A DNA stretch of 64,000 bases from Octopus vulgaris (Eukaryota), in assembly GCA_951406725.2 (NCBI GenBank), contig OX597818.1, positions 82,708,001-82,772,000 on the forward strand, written 5' to 3'. Positions 11,550 to 25,689 of the stretch are shown here, in pieces. The position numbers and the translations under genes are program-made. Position 1 is the first letter of the stretch; each line of letters starts with the position of its first letter. The notes beneath the pieces are model-generated. The model had not been told where the DNA came from and did no database searches. It was given only the letters and a program-made list of their open reading frames with translations.

Positions 11550-12170
11550 ATATTAATGAGGAGCTACATCAATAATTAAATATCGATACCCATCATACTC
11601 GATCAATTCGGGCGAGTGGTTTCACCAGATTGGGACATTCATTGTTCTTTCACACTATGTGCTCTGTCGTGAGCATTCACAGATCGTTATCCTGCAACAA
11701 AATGGAGCATAAACAAATGATATACACTATGTGCGTGTAATTGATAATGTTTACATTGTTAGCGCCACTTCTTATTTCGTTTCACATGTACTACGCCACA
11801 GTACAACGTCAAGTATACTTCGCACCATTGTGTATATAAAACAGACCGATGACTGATATTGAGGAAGGGCAACGATAGCGAAATACTGATGTCTATTATT
11901 CTTGATAATTTTGAGGAAGTTGTCTTGCCTGTCTGGGACATTCAGTGTTCTTTAAATCTCGGGGCTGTAAAGGGAGCTTTCCTAGGGTGCTATCCCGCAG
12001 TAAATTGGTGTAGAGGTAAAGACATACACCATGTATCAACGACCGATTCAATTATCCATTCACACACTACAAAAGCCCCAACGCAAATCAGGTAGTATGT
12101 AGAAGACTACTGCTGCATAGCACCGGGTGAAATCTGAAGTGTGGACGAGCTTTATATTTTACTCTACGTT
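11550..12170 (+). pseudogene. Decayed ORF with two ~101-aa tandem domains, family unknown
   Basis: IILDQFGRVVSPDWDIHCSFTLCALS*AFTDRYPATKW (from 11592) aligns without gaps to IILDNFEEVVLPVWDIQCSLNLGAVKGAFLGCYPAVNW (from 11895); 303-nt period. Confidence 0.65.
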
Positions 12171-12186
12171 CTTTACAGAATATGAT

Positions 12187-12241
<55 letters not shown>

Positions 12242-12399
12242 CGAGGGAGTTGGTATGTGAAAGCACGTGGTTGCATGTATAAAAGACGAAATAGAGTGAA
12301 AAAACTACAGAAGGCTTGTGTTATATGGTTAAAAAAATAAATTTAGATCGTTGTTAGAAAAATGTTATAAAATTTTTCGTATAGTGACATTGCTTTTGG

Positions 12400-12470
12400 A
12401 GGAATAAAATATGTCCATTTCTATTTTTCGGTTTACTTTTTTAATTAGTATATCCAAGAATGGGAGCTCG
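12400..12470 (-). mobile_element. Penelope-like RT fragment
   Basis: [22 protein letters not shown] matches the LPFLD...TDIY motif of Penelope-like RTs; flanked by (TA)n. Confidence 0.65.
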
Positions 12471-12473
12471 AAA

Positions 12474-12555
<82 letters not shown>

Positions 12556-12636
12556 CATACATATATATATATATACATACATAAATACTTATAAACATAT
12601 ATATCCACATATATGTATGTATGCATATATGTATAT

Positions 12637-12692
<56 letters not shown>

Positions 12693-13062
12693 CTATATAT
12701 TCACACACACACACACATATATATTTCGAAGTTTTAATAAAATCACAGCAAACAGAAAATTAAAGAAAATATATGAAACGGAAAATTCGTAGCTAATTCC
12801 AATTCAGTCAATGTTCAAAAGATTCTTGTCGTTGATATTGTTCAATTTTGATGGCGCCAGTAGCGTATATTATATTATATATGTAAAATCAAACAGAATG
12901 AGTGCTCAACACCACATTGTGGATAGATATTCATTTATGGGTTAAGAAAGCAACCAATATTTTCATGTAAAGGAGCCTCACAATTGTTCAAGCGTGCCAC
13001 ATGGGAGTGTTGGTATTCGTCTCTATTTTGGAAGAGAATATACATAGTTACCTATATATGTG

Positions 13063-13250
13063 AGGATGCATGGCCTAGTGAGTAGGGTTTTGAACTCATA
13101 ATCGTGTGCTGCTGTCTTCTTGAGGAAAACATTTCATATCACATAGTTCTGTAATGACATCGGCAATCGACTTTAGGTAGTTACACCAAGCAACTGTTCA
13201 GGCAACAACGATTTCATGGACATTTGATCGCGATATACGAAACTTTCATC
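13063..13250 (+). mobile_element. Degenerate tRNA-head SINE (family C-like)
   Basis: A-box-like TGGCCTAGTGAG followed by a CORE-like GTCTTCTTGAGGAAAACATTT. Confidence 0.4.
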
Positions 13251-13688
13251 AATAAATATCATCCACATGAACACATAGCATAATACAGAACACTAATAAC
13301 CTTATTAACTATAACACTAACTCCCATAGATCCCATGCACCATTCATATTACAGTTTTATAACTACACTAATTGATCCACGTCCAGAACTATTTACATCC
13401 CTTACACATAGTCTTCATACTCAGGGTCTAGTGAACCCGACAGCGTTTGGAAATCGGTGATCATTCAAAGACAGTGAACAGCGTTTGATGATACCAGTAT
13501 GACTTTGAATCTCATTAACAATTCAAAATAATGACTTTTATTACTCTTAATTGTACCACAGTTCATCTAACTGTATGTATTTATCGTTACTTTTCATTAA
13601 AAAAGCCTTTATTTATGTGATATCCAATGTGCATTTCTGCTTTTTTTCTTCTTACTTTCCTCATATCTTTTCCACGTTTATTTTCTAT

Positions 13689-13727
<39 letters not shown>

Positions 13728-13781
13728 TACATATATATATATATACACACATACATACATATATATATACACCTACCTATC

Positions 13782-13838
<57 letters not shown>

Positions 13839-14314
13839 ACACACACATATACATACTATTAATTAAATATATATATATATATATATATATACATACGAGC
13901 TGTGAAGGCCTCGCCTAGTGGTTAGGCTATTGCACATGTGATCATGTCCATGCTGAGGCACCGACTGAAGTGTTTACTCAGACAGACTGACCCCAGCAAC
14001 TATTTTAACTATTTAAGACTGTTAGTTATTCTGTGGACGACTTTCTATTCTGAACTGTTAGGCTACGATGATGTATAGAAACCAACCCTGCCTATGAAGT
14101 GATACTGGAGGACAAACACACACGTGCAAAGACGCGCCCCTACACACGCAAACACACGCGCACACGCAAACATGCAGGCTCATATATATACACACACGCA
14201 CGCATATATATATATATATATACACACGCGCGTACACATACAGACGCACGCATAAACACGCACACACACACATATACACACATACACGCACAACCACATA
14301 CATAGACATTTCTC

Positions 14315-14785
14315 TACCTGTTTAAGTCATGTGACTGCGGCCATGCTGGAGCACCGCATTGAAGGATATTAGTCGAACAAATCGACCCTGGGACTTATAT
14401 GTTTTGTAAAGCCTAGGACTTACTCAATCATTCTCTTTCGTGAAACTGCTAAGTTACTGGAACACAAACACATCAATACCGATTGTCAAGCTGTAGTGAG
14501 GGGACAAACACGGACACAAAGGCACACACACAGACACACACACACACACATATACGACCGGATCTTTTCAGTTTCCATTTACCAAATCCATTCACAAATC
14601 TTTGGTCGAAGTGAGGATGATCACGGAACCATGTGGTTGGGCAGCAACTTTCTTACCACACAGTCACGCCTAGTATTACCGATACTATAGTAGAAAACAC
14701 TTGCCCAAGGTGTCACGCAGTGGAACTGAACTCGGAATCATGCGGTTGGGAAGCAAGCTTCTTACCACAAAGCTTCGCCTGCACC
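14315..14785 (-). mobile_element. SINE family A with duplicated head region
   Basis: Tail, body and two head-like segments (GGAACCATGTGGTTGG...CTTCTTACCACA). Confidence 0.85.
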
Positions 14786-15420
14786 GCCTGTATGAAAATA
14801 CCTCTTCCCCACGGAATTTACCATGTTTCTCTGCGGTCTCTTTAGCAACAATTCTTTCGATCTGGCTATCAATATACCTGGCTCTTTATAGAAATTATCC
14901 TTCAACTTTCTTGCTTCAGTCTTTGTGTCTTTCTTTCAGTCACTCTCTCTATGCCTTTGTCTATCTCTCTCAACTTGCCTCGCACTCTCCCTCAGTTTCC
15001 CTCCCTCTGTCTCTCTTAATACTCCGTCGTCTGCTTTCTCACCAATTTTCTCTCTGTCTCTCTCAAAACAATCAATTTGTCTGCATATGTTTCTCTGTTG
15101 CTCACGTTCCTTCTCTCTCCACCGCTCTTTCTCCTGCCATCTCACACTACCTCTCTCTTACCCTCTCTCCCCTTCTTTGCCTCCTCGTCGCCGCTGCTGT
15201 CATCTTACCCACCTAAACATGTTCACTCAAGCATACAGGTACAGAGAACCCGGTTTAGTCATCACTTCAAAGATACTTCTGTTTTTGTTATTGCTGTTGT
15301 CGGCTTGTAGTGTTGTTAGTAACGGCAATGGCCATAATATTAATGGTGGCTGTAGTGGTGGTGGCGGAAATGGTGGTGGCAGTGGTGGTGGTAGCAGTAG
15401 TAAAGGTGGTGATAGTAGTG

Positions 15421-15524
<104 letters not shown>

Positions 15525-16158
15525 AACAACATTAGCAATAGTAGTGGTGGAGTGCAATTGGTGGTTGTACCGGTATTGTTGCAGTGGTTGCATGAAAAAT
15601 TGCTTTTTGTAGTAGCGTTGTTGTAGTTGTGGTAGGGAAAGTGAAGTTTTCTATATCAGCCTTATTGTTGTAGTAGCGGTAGTATAAGTGGTAATTATTT
15701 TAGGATTGGCTTTGTGGTGATGGCAGTTGATTTGGCGATGGTGGAATAGTGGTTCAAATGTGGTATCATTGAGGAGATATTAATGCAAATGTAAATTATA
15801 ATAATGGTGTAGCAGAAGTTGTAGTTGAACTGGTGTTTATTATAGTAGTGGTGGTGTTGCAGTACATGTTGCAGCAGAACCACCTTAGCGGCATTATGAA
15901 CTCCCAAATCAAATCAATGCACTCTGCCCTACAATATATATTGAGAGCAAACCACAGCATGAGTATATTGGAATAGGGTTCCTGGACCCTAGCGACCCTT
16001 CAGCAACAGTACAGTGTGCTTATTCCTTAACATTTTAGGATTTAAACTGGCCATATCCAACCCAAATATTCTCCCGGTTATTTTGTTCAAACTGACGAGA
16101 TTCGGCATCCCACACCTACTCTAAAATGTCAATCTGAAAATAAAGTCACCACATCGCA

Positions 16159-16314
16159 GGCGCAGGGGTGGTCGTGTGATTAGGAGCTTGCTTCCCAACC
16201 ACATGGTTCCGAGTTCAGTCCCACTGCATGGCACCTTAAGAAAGTGTCTTCTACTATAGCCTCTGGTAGACGGAATAGTTATATATATATATATATATAT
16301 ACATATATATATGT

Positions 16315-16365
<51 letters not shown>

Positions 16366-16612
16366 CGTGTCTTTTTGTTTGTCCCCGCCATCACTGCTTG
16401 ACAACTGGTGCTGGTGTTTTTGTTGGTGCCTCTAAGTCTCCACAACTTAGCGGTTCAGCAAAATTGACCGATAAAACAATTACCAGGCTTAAAGAAGAGA
16501 AAAAGTGAAATGTACTGGAGTCTATTCGACTAAAATTCTTCAAGACAGTCCCACCCCCACGCAACACAGCCGAAGTCTAATGACAGAAGCAAGTAAAAGA
16601 ATAAAAGAATGA
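16159..16612 (+). mobile_element. SINE family A
   Basis: GGCGCAGGGGTGG head, B-box GAGTTCAGTCCC, internal (TA)(TG) tract, AAAAGAAT tail. Confidence 0.9.
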
Positions 16613-16677
16613 AAGGATATTCGAAGTCTCGAAGCTACCAGGTTATGCATGATTAATTCAAAATAAATGTGAATAAA

Positions 16678-17190
<513 letters not shown>

Positions 17191-17275
17191 AACAATCATT
17201 AAATTTTGGCAAAATAATCTCAATACCAAAGGGTTAACCTAGTTTGTTAGGAGGTCTATGTCTTATGTCGTAGTC

Positions 17276-17660
17276 CAGGGGTTCTCGACCATTTTTTATC
17301 TACTTTGATTACTATTTTATTCTGGTGGATTTCCATATTCATTCGGTGTTTATAGAAACTTCTTTCGAACTTCCTATTTTGTTTCCCGCACATTAAGCTG
17401 TGTAGGTAGAACTATGTAAAATGTTAGAAAACGAAAGCTAGTTATTTCTTGCAATACATACCTATACATTCATGTAAAGCAAAACTTTTAGGCACAGGAG
17501 TGGCTGTGTGGTAAGTAGCTTGCTTACCAACCACATGGTTCTGTGTTCATTACCACTGCGTGACACCTTGCGAAAGTGTCTTCTTCTATAGCCTCGGGCC
17601 GACCAAAGCCTTGTGAAGGGATTTGGTAGACGGAAACTGTATATATATATATATATATGT

Positions 17661-17721
<61 letters not shown>

Positions 17722-18047
17722 TATGTCTGTGTTTCTGTGTTTGTCCCACCAACATCGCTTGACAACCGATGGTGGAGTGTTTACATCCCCGTAATCTAGC
17801 GGTTCGGCAAAAGAGACCGATAGAATAAGTACTAGGCTTCCAAAGAATAAGTCCTGGGGTCGATTTGCTCGGCTAAATGCGGTGCTCCAGCATGGCCGCA
17901 GTCAAATGACTGAAACAAGTAAAAGAGAGTAAAAGAGGCCCTTAAAATACTCTTGTGGATTCCCAGTTTACTATTTTGTTGTGTGAACCGCCCAAAAATC
18001 TTATATGAATCTTTAGGGATCATATGGACCACATTTGAGAAATACTG
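17276..18047. mobile_element. hAT-like MITE with a nested SINE-A
   Basis: CAGGGGTTCTCGACC ... TTTGAGAAATACTG termini; degenerate 8-bp flanks TCGTAGTC / TCATTGAC. Confidence 0.55.
17491..17937 (+). mobile_element. SINE family A, near full length
   Basis: A-box TGGCTGTGTGG, CORE-like ACCTTGCGAAAGTGTCTT, internal microsatellite, (TAAAAGAG) tail. Confidence 0.92.
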
Positions 18048-18769
18048 TCATTGACATTTCATCAGTAGCGGAATATTGGCTTAACACCCATCAAGTCATC
18101 TGTATTATATAAAATCAGCTATCCACAGGACAAATGATATTTAATATAAACATAGTAATGGATTGATAGAATCATTTGTACATCGAACAAAACGTCATAT
18201 AGTATGTCATATAGACCCTTAACCTTCTGACTTTACATCTCGTCGAAGTCAACATACCTTTCAATCTACCAAGATCGATAAAATAAGGTACCTACCTTGT
18301 ACTGTAGTTAGAATGATCGACTAAGCCAATTATGGACACCTCGCGGCCCGTAGATGCATAACGTTTGCAGAAGCTTCTGAACGGCATGCTTAAACAAAGA
18401 ATTACCTTGAATTTTTAAAAAGTATGGCCCGACTGATGCTAAACCGATTGTTTTTTCACTTCCCGATAAAAAGGTTGCTCATGCACTGACTAAGACGTTT
18501 ATGCAAATCTATGGCCCTGCATCTATGTAAGAACACACAGGCACACACACACGCACGCACACACACAGGCACACACACACACAAACACATGCACACACAC
18601 ACATACGCGCGCGCAATGAAAGATTCACCTACAAGTAATTATAGGGTGGACTTATCGTAAAAGACTCTTATCCAAAGTGCAACTCAACCGGATTGAACCG
18701 GAAAACCACTTGATTGCAGAGAGAGCTTCTTAAACGAACGGCCGCACTCGAAACTTTGTTGAAGAAAGA

Positions 18770-18930
18770 CAGTCGATTACATCGATCTCAGTACTGAACT
18801 GGTACATATATAATCGATCCTGAAAGGATGATCGCAAAAGCAGGTTCGGTAGAATATGAATTTCGAATGTAAAGACGGGAGAAACGCCGCAAATAACTTT
18901 GTTCCGGCGTGATAACGATTCCGCCAGTCA
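18770..18930 (-). mobile_element. SINE family B, degenerate
   Basis: CTGGTAC...GAAAGGATGA...AACGATTCCGCCAG. Confidence 0.7.
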
Positions 18931-19442
18931 TAATAAAGTCACTGATCTCACTGAGGGTTATTGAAAGAATAGTTATTAATACTGGTCTGGTTGTTTTGGT
19001 TTTTTCTATAGTAGATCCACAAGAAGTGAGTATCGAATTGCTGCTAGTGCTAATGGTATGGTATTGATGATGTAATGTTTATTGAGGTGATATCAGCGAA
19101 AGTAAACGAGTTGCTGGCAAAAATATGCGTGGTCTCTTTAGTATTGTTACTGTTGTTGTTCTCAATCATGATCGATCATGCATATTACAAGTGGCTAGCC
19201 ATATGTTGAAAAGTCCTTTTTATTTATGGCTTTGGTGCAGACATAGATGTCTGGTTAAGAAGCTCGCTGTGCAACTGTGTAGATTGCGGTCCAAACCCAC
19301 TGCTTGGCACCTGGCACAACTGTGTGCAAATGCAGCCTTGGTCGACAACTAATGACTTGTAACAGAATTGTGTTTAAGGAAACTGAGTGAAAACCCGTAA
19401 AGTATGTATATTTGTATGCACAAACACGCACTAATAACACAC

Positions 19443-19491
<49 letters not shown>

Positions 19492-19683
19492 TATCCAAAG
19501 TGCTGCGCAGTAGGATTGGACGCAAAACTACGTAGCTGGAAAGTGAGTTTCTTAACTGCATGGCCAAACCTGTCCCTTAGTTTAAAGTGAAATTTACACT
19601 AATAACTTTATATACAGGAACAAAGCCTGAAATGTTGGTGGAGGGAGATTACATCAATACAAGTAATGAACTGTACGTATTAA

Positions 19684-19898
19684 CCTTTTCTACTCTAGGC
19701 ACAAGGCCCGAATTTTGGAGGAGGGGAGCAGTCGATTAGGTCGACCCCAGTACGCAACTGATTCTTAATTTATCGACACCGAAAGGATGAAAGGCAAAGA
19801 CGACCTAGGCGGAATTTGAACTCAGAACAAAAAGACAGACGAAATACCGGTATGTTTTCGCCCGGCGTGCTAACGTTTCTGCCAGCTAGCCGCCTTAA
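19684..19898 (-). mobile_element. Young SINE-B nested in an older SINE-B (~19610-20030)
   Basis: TSD GAACTG(C)TACGTATTAA at 19668-19683 and 19899-19915; both flanks are SINE-B-like. Confidence 0.9.
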
Positions 19899-20083
19899 GA
19901 ACTGCTACGTATTAAATCGAAACTCAAGAGATGAACGCTAAGCTAAGCTGAGTAAAATATGAATTCAGAACGTAACGACGGGTTAAATGCCGCTGGTCAC
20001 TTTGTCCGGAGTGCCACCGATTCTACCAGATATAGTAGTTAGACTTGTTGTATAGAACTTAGTGTAACAACTGTTCAGTAATA

Positions 20084-20150
<67 letters not shown>

Positions 20151-20275
20151 TACACGCATACATACATACATACATACATACATACATACATACATACAAA
20201 CATACATACATACATGTATGTATGTATGTATGTATGTTTGTATGCATGTATGTATATATAAATAAATAAATATAA

Positions 20276-20335
<60 letters not shown>

Positions 20336-20884
20336 TTTGAAACTTTGATACTTTGATAGGTTTCGGCCAGTATTGGCCCAGGCCATGTCTAACTGTATAG
20401 CACCACCTGGCAAAGTCATTCAGAATATGTGTGTTTGAGCGTGTGTGTAAATATATCTATATCTTGTAGTTGTGTTTGTGGTAGTGGTTGTGGTGATGAT
20501 GGTGGTGGTGGTGGTAGTATTGATTGGTGATTGTGTTACTGTAGTTGTTGTTAGCGGTGGTGCTATTGGAAGTGATAGTGGTCATGGTGATGATAGGACT
20601 GGTGGTAATGTTAGCGACAGTGGTAGAATTGCTGCGATGGTAGATGACGCTATTGGCGACACACGGCGGCGGCAGCTTTGGCGGCGGCAGTGGTGGCGGC
20701 AGTGGTGGCGGCGGTGGTGGTGGTGGCGTTGGGGATGGCAGCATTTGTTGTAACGGTCTCTGCTGTCGTTATTGATGCTTGTTCAATTTATGGAATGCTA
20801 TTGATGTAGTTAACGTTTTTGTTGTGTTAATTGTTGTTGTTGCTGCTGCTGTTGTTACTGCGGCCGCTTTACTTTCCATGAAGC

Positions 20885-20973
20885 TCTTATTATTATTATC
20901 ATTATTATTATTATTATTATTATTATCATCGTCGTCGTCGTCGTCGTCATCATCATTATCTTTATTTTTATTA

Positions 20974-21051
<78 letters not shown>

Positions 21052-21067
21052 CATTATTATTATTATT

Positions 21068-21120
<53 letters not shown>

Positions 21121-21165
21121 TAATATTAATATTATTATTATCATTATTATTATTGTTTTTGTTGT
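20885..21165. repeat. Compound (TAT)n/(CAT)n microsatellite
   Basis: Direct reading. Confidence 0.95.
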
Positions 21166-21329
21166 TATCGTTGTACATCTGATGCATACTTGTTGGTCTT
21201 AGTTATATTGTTGTTGTTATGTATGTGTTTTTGAAGTCGCTGCTACTGTTGTTATGTGTTGCTACTGTTGGCTTTGTTGTTATTGCTATTTAGCCACATG
21301 TCGGTTCTTCTTGTGCAAACGTACGTTAA

Positions 21330-21855
21330 AATCTAGAGATTCAGACTCTCCAACAATGATCATCCAGTACATTTTGTGTCCCAGAATTTACATTACTCAA
21401 TATAAATTTTAAAAGTTAAGATGTACTATTAAAGAAAACGATCGCTGTTATTTTTAGCTAATCAAGCATTCTAACGGAGCCTCTATAATTATTCTTGTTT
21501 TTCTTCTTGATTCGTTGTTATTATTGTAATCTAGTCACTCCAGCAATGGCCCTCTCCTTTTTATTTTTCTTAATTCATATCTCACAATCTCATAATCTAT
21601 ATTAGCCAATATCAATTTTAAAACGGTTGATGTCCGGTTTAAGGAAGCATTGATCTTACTTTTATAGCTTGTCAAGCGACCCCATGGATTCATTGTTATC
21701 GTTGTGATCTAGCGACACTCCAGCAATGACTATCTCGTTTCTCTTATACCCCAGAATCATATTATTCAAATGTAAAATTCCAGCGTGTGTGATTTAAGTG
21801 AAAATTCAGCTCTCATTTTTAGCTGGTCAGACAACCACATGAAACACCTCTCATT
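21330..21855 (+). repeat. Three diverged tandem units of ~180-200 bp
   Basis: Each begins ATCTAG...CTCCA(A/G)CAATG and ends TTT(T/A)TAGCT..TCA; related pieces near 42590-42745 and 62225-62300. Confidence 0.6.
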
Positions 21856-21914
21856 GTTTGTTTTGTTGTTGATTTTGCAGTAAGTGTTATTAGTTTTGCT
21901 GGTACCATATTTAT

Positions 21915-22345
21915 ATTTTACTTGTTTCAGTTATTAGACTGCGGCAATTCTGGGGCACCACCTTGAGGGATATTAGTCGAGCGAATCGACCCCTGTATCT
22001 ATTTATTTATTATTTATTAAGCCTGGTACTGATTCTGTCTGTGTTTTTTGCCAAACCGCTATGTTGCGATGGCGTTAAATACACCAACACCGGTTTCCAT
22101 GAGGTGTTGGGGATCAGTCACAGACACAAAGGCTCACGCAAGCCCTCCCACACAGATACGCATAGAAACACAAACACCAACACACTCTTATGTACCCTAC
22201 GGGTTTTCTTCAGTTTCTGTCTACCAAATCCACTTACACTGCTTTATTTGGCCCGAAACTGTAATAGAAGACACTTGCCTAAGGTGTCACACAGTAGGAC
22301 TGAACCCCGAAGCAAACTTCTGCCGTGCAATCACCCCTGCACTTA
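21915..22345 (-). mobile_element. SINE family A, diverged
   Basis: Colinear with the 24336-24765 copy. Confidence 0.85.
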
Positions 22346-24210
22346 TATTGATGCTATACGAATAAATACCGCTAGTCTTGTTATGACTATTAATATATAC
22401 CGAAAGCGATTCTAATGACAACTGTTGTCGTTGGTGGTGAAGTGTTGGTAGTGGTCGCAGTGATGGTGATGTCGATGGTGCGCCTATTGACGTTGTTGTT
22501 TCCATCGTCGACGTCGCCGACATAGATGTTGTTGCTTTTGTACTTCCTTCCACATTTAACGTCAATATATTGATATAAATATCATTGTAAGTTATTTTTT
22601 CTGGTTGTCCCTGAGTTATTATTAATACTCCTGTATTCGCATTAATACAATATTTAATACTCCCGTATAAATATTAATACTTTTGAGTTAATATCAATAC
22701 TCGTCTGTTAATATTACTCCTACAAGAATTGTTGTTGCTGTTGGTATTGATGGTGCCGTGCTTGTTGCAGTAGTACACTTGTTATTTACACTGTTTTGAT
22801 GTTAAGGTCATTGCTGCTGTAGTTACTGTTGTAGTTGGTGCGGTAGTTGTATTTCTTATTGGTTTTATCGCTTTTATTGATGTTGTAGTTACTGCTCTTG
22901 TTGTTGTGAGTCGTTTTGATATTGATGTTATTGTTGTTGTTGCTTATATTAGTTTCGTTGGACTTGTTGTTATTGATATTGCTGTGGTAGCTATTGTTGT
23001 TGTTATAAATGTTAATGGTCTTGTTTTGTGAGTCTTGTTATTGTTGTTTGTTGTTGGTGGTGGTGGTGATGGTGGCGGTGTTCTTCTTGATTATAGAGTT
23101 CTTATTGCCCTTATTGATATTACGCTTGTTGTTGTTATTGTCGCCGTTGTTGTTGCTGTTGACGTCGTTAAATATACACACAAATAAACAGCCGTGATGT
23201 ACATACACACATATGCATGCACGTACGTATGGACACATTCATGGTTACACAGAGAAACACAACACATATATACACAAATTTCTGATCAGACATACTCAAC
23301 ATTTATATACAATATCACACACATATACATGCATACGCAAACATGCATACGCAAACACCACCACACACACACATACACACACACACACGCACAAAGGCCA
23401 AGATTAACTCAGATACACACACACTAACACAGATACAAATACACCAAACACACATATACATACACACAAAGACATACATCTACACTTGCATACACCTTCA
23501 CCGTTACACATTTCATTCACGGTGCAGCAAACAAAAGCGGCAGAAATGTTCAGTTAGTCGTATTAAAAGGGGGTTATTATTGGTGTTAATGCTCTAGTAG
23601 TTGTAGTGGTAGAGAAAGTGGTGGTGGTGGTGGTGGTGGTGGTGGTGGTGGTGGTAGCAGGAGTAATAGTGGTAATGGTGGTGGAGGTATTGGTGGCAGT
23701 GGTAATAGATATAGTGACGGTGCTATTGGTGGAAATATCCGCGTGTCTTAGCGGTTGTCAAGGTGATGGGTGGAGAAGTTTTCTTTTGATAACCACAAGC
23801 GTTCTAATTGGTCGTAGCAAAACAGAGGTCAAGCCTGGCGAAATGTGTCCACAAACGTTAGGTTATGAAAATATTCACATAACAAAGCTTAACATAGATA
23901 TAGACATATATATACACACACTCATAAACCAGCACAGTCGTTCTCAGACACAAGCAAATACCATCACATACATATCTACAGAGACATATATATATATATT
24001 CTTTTCTTCCTTTATTTGTTTCAGTCATTTGACTGCAGCCATGCTGGAACAGTTTTAATTTTTATGTTTACAGCACCTAGATTTCCAATAGATGTATATG
24101 AGTGTGTGTGTGTGTATGTCTTTGTGTGGGTGTATACGCTAACTTTCATTTAAACATATATAGTTACAGAAGAAAAGAATGTATGCATGTCTCTATCTCT
24201 TTATTTTTCC

Positions 24211-24850
<640 letters not shown>

Positions 24851-24870
24851 CAAGGGAAGACGGACTCAGT

Positions 24871-24955
24871 AAGAATAAATAAGTGAATAATGATACTATA
24901 TTCTTACAACTGTTAGTTGTAAGAATATAGTATCATTATTCACTTATTTATTCTT
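24871..24955. repeat. Perfect 41-bp-stem hairpin with 3-nt loop
   Basis: 24871-24911 is the exact reverse complement of 24915-24955. Confidence 0.97.
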
Positions 24956-25689
24956 CTTTATGTATGTATTTTTTATTTACTTCTTTATTTACTTGTCCGT
25001 ATGATTGTAATTAATTCATAAATAGATCCAAATGAATGTTTGCAGGCTGATGTTTTGCTGATTGATTATCTTCTCCATTTTCTTCTTTGCCTTATAAATT
25101 CTGGGTAAATTTCTGCTTTACTTCCACTCATACCTATCATTCAGTTGCGCTAGTGCCCTACGACAGCAAGCATTTGGATAGAAATACATTGGTATACATT
25201 CAGTAGTATTTTGGATATTTATCATCCCCTATGTGATTGTGTAACCTCTAACCCATCCAGACGTATATATATATATATATATATATATTAGTAATTAAGG
25301 GTACCAACAAGCAGCACTGGCATGCTAAGTATAGCAGTCTCCATAACCTTGGTGTCAGTAAGACTCACTGATGATGAGATAAGAGTTTTTTTCTCAATGT
25401 TCGAAATCATGGTGATACGGGTATGACTGGCTTTTTCAATTTTCGATTATTTTCGTCATTAGTACAGGGTTTTAGAATTCTATTCATTTTCCCGTTTTCA
25501 CCCTTGTGTTTAAATGAAAATTTGTGGTTTGGTTCATTTTATCTGTTATATTCAGCATGCCGGTATTGCATGTTAATACTCTTAATTATCAATTCATACT
25601 TTTTTACCGTTCTGGGATTTTTGGTTTTACGCAGGCTAAGCCACTGATATTATAAACAATAATACCAGCAGCAGCAGAGGAAACGATGA

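Noticed and set aside
17491-17560. tRNA gene calls at A/B-box sequences
   Set aside because: These are SINE heads followed by repeat bodies; no complete cloverleaf seen
18325-18489. Possible hAT MITE (GCGGCCCG...GGTTGCTCATGCACTG)
   Set aside because: Left TIR and TSD too degenerate to support
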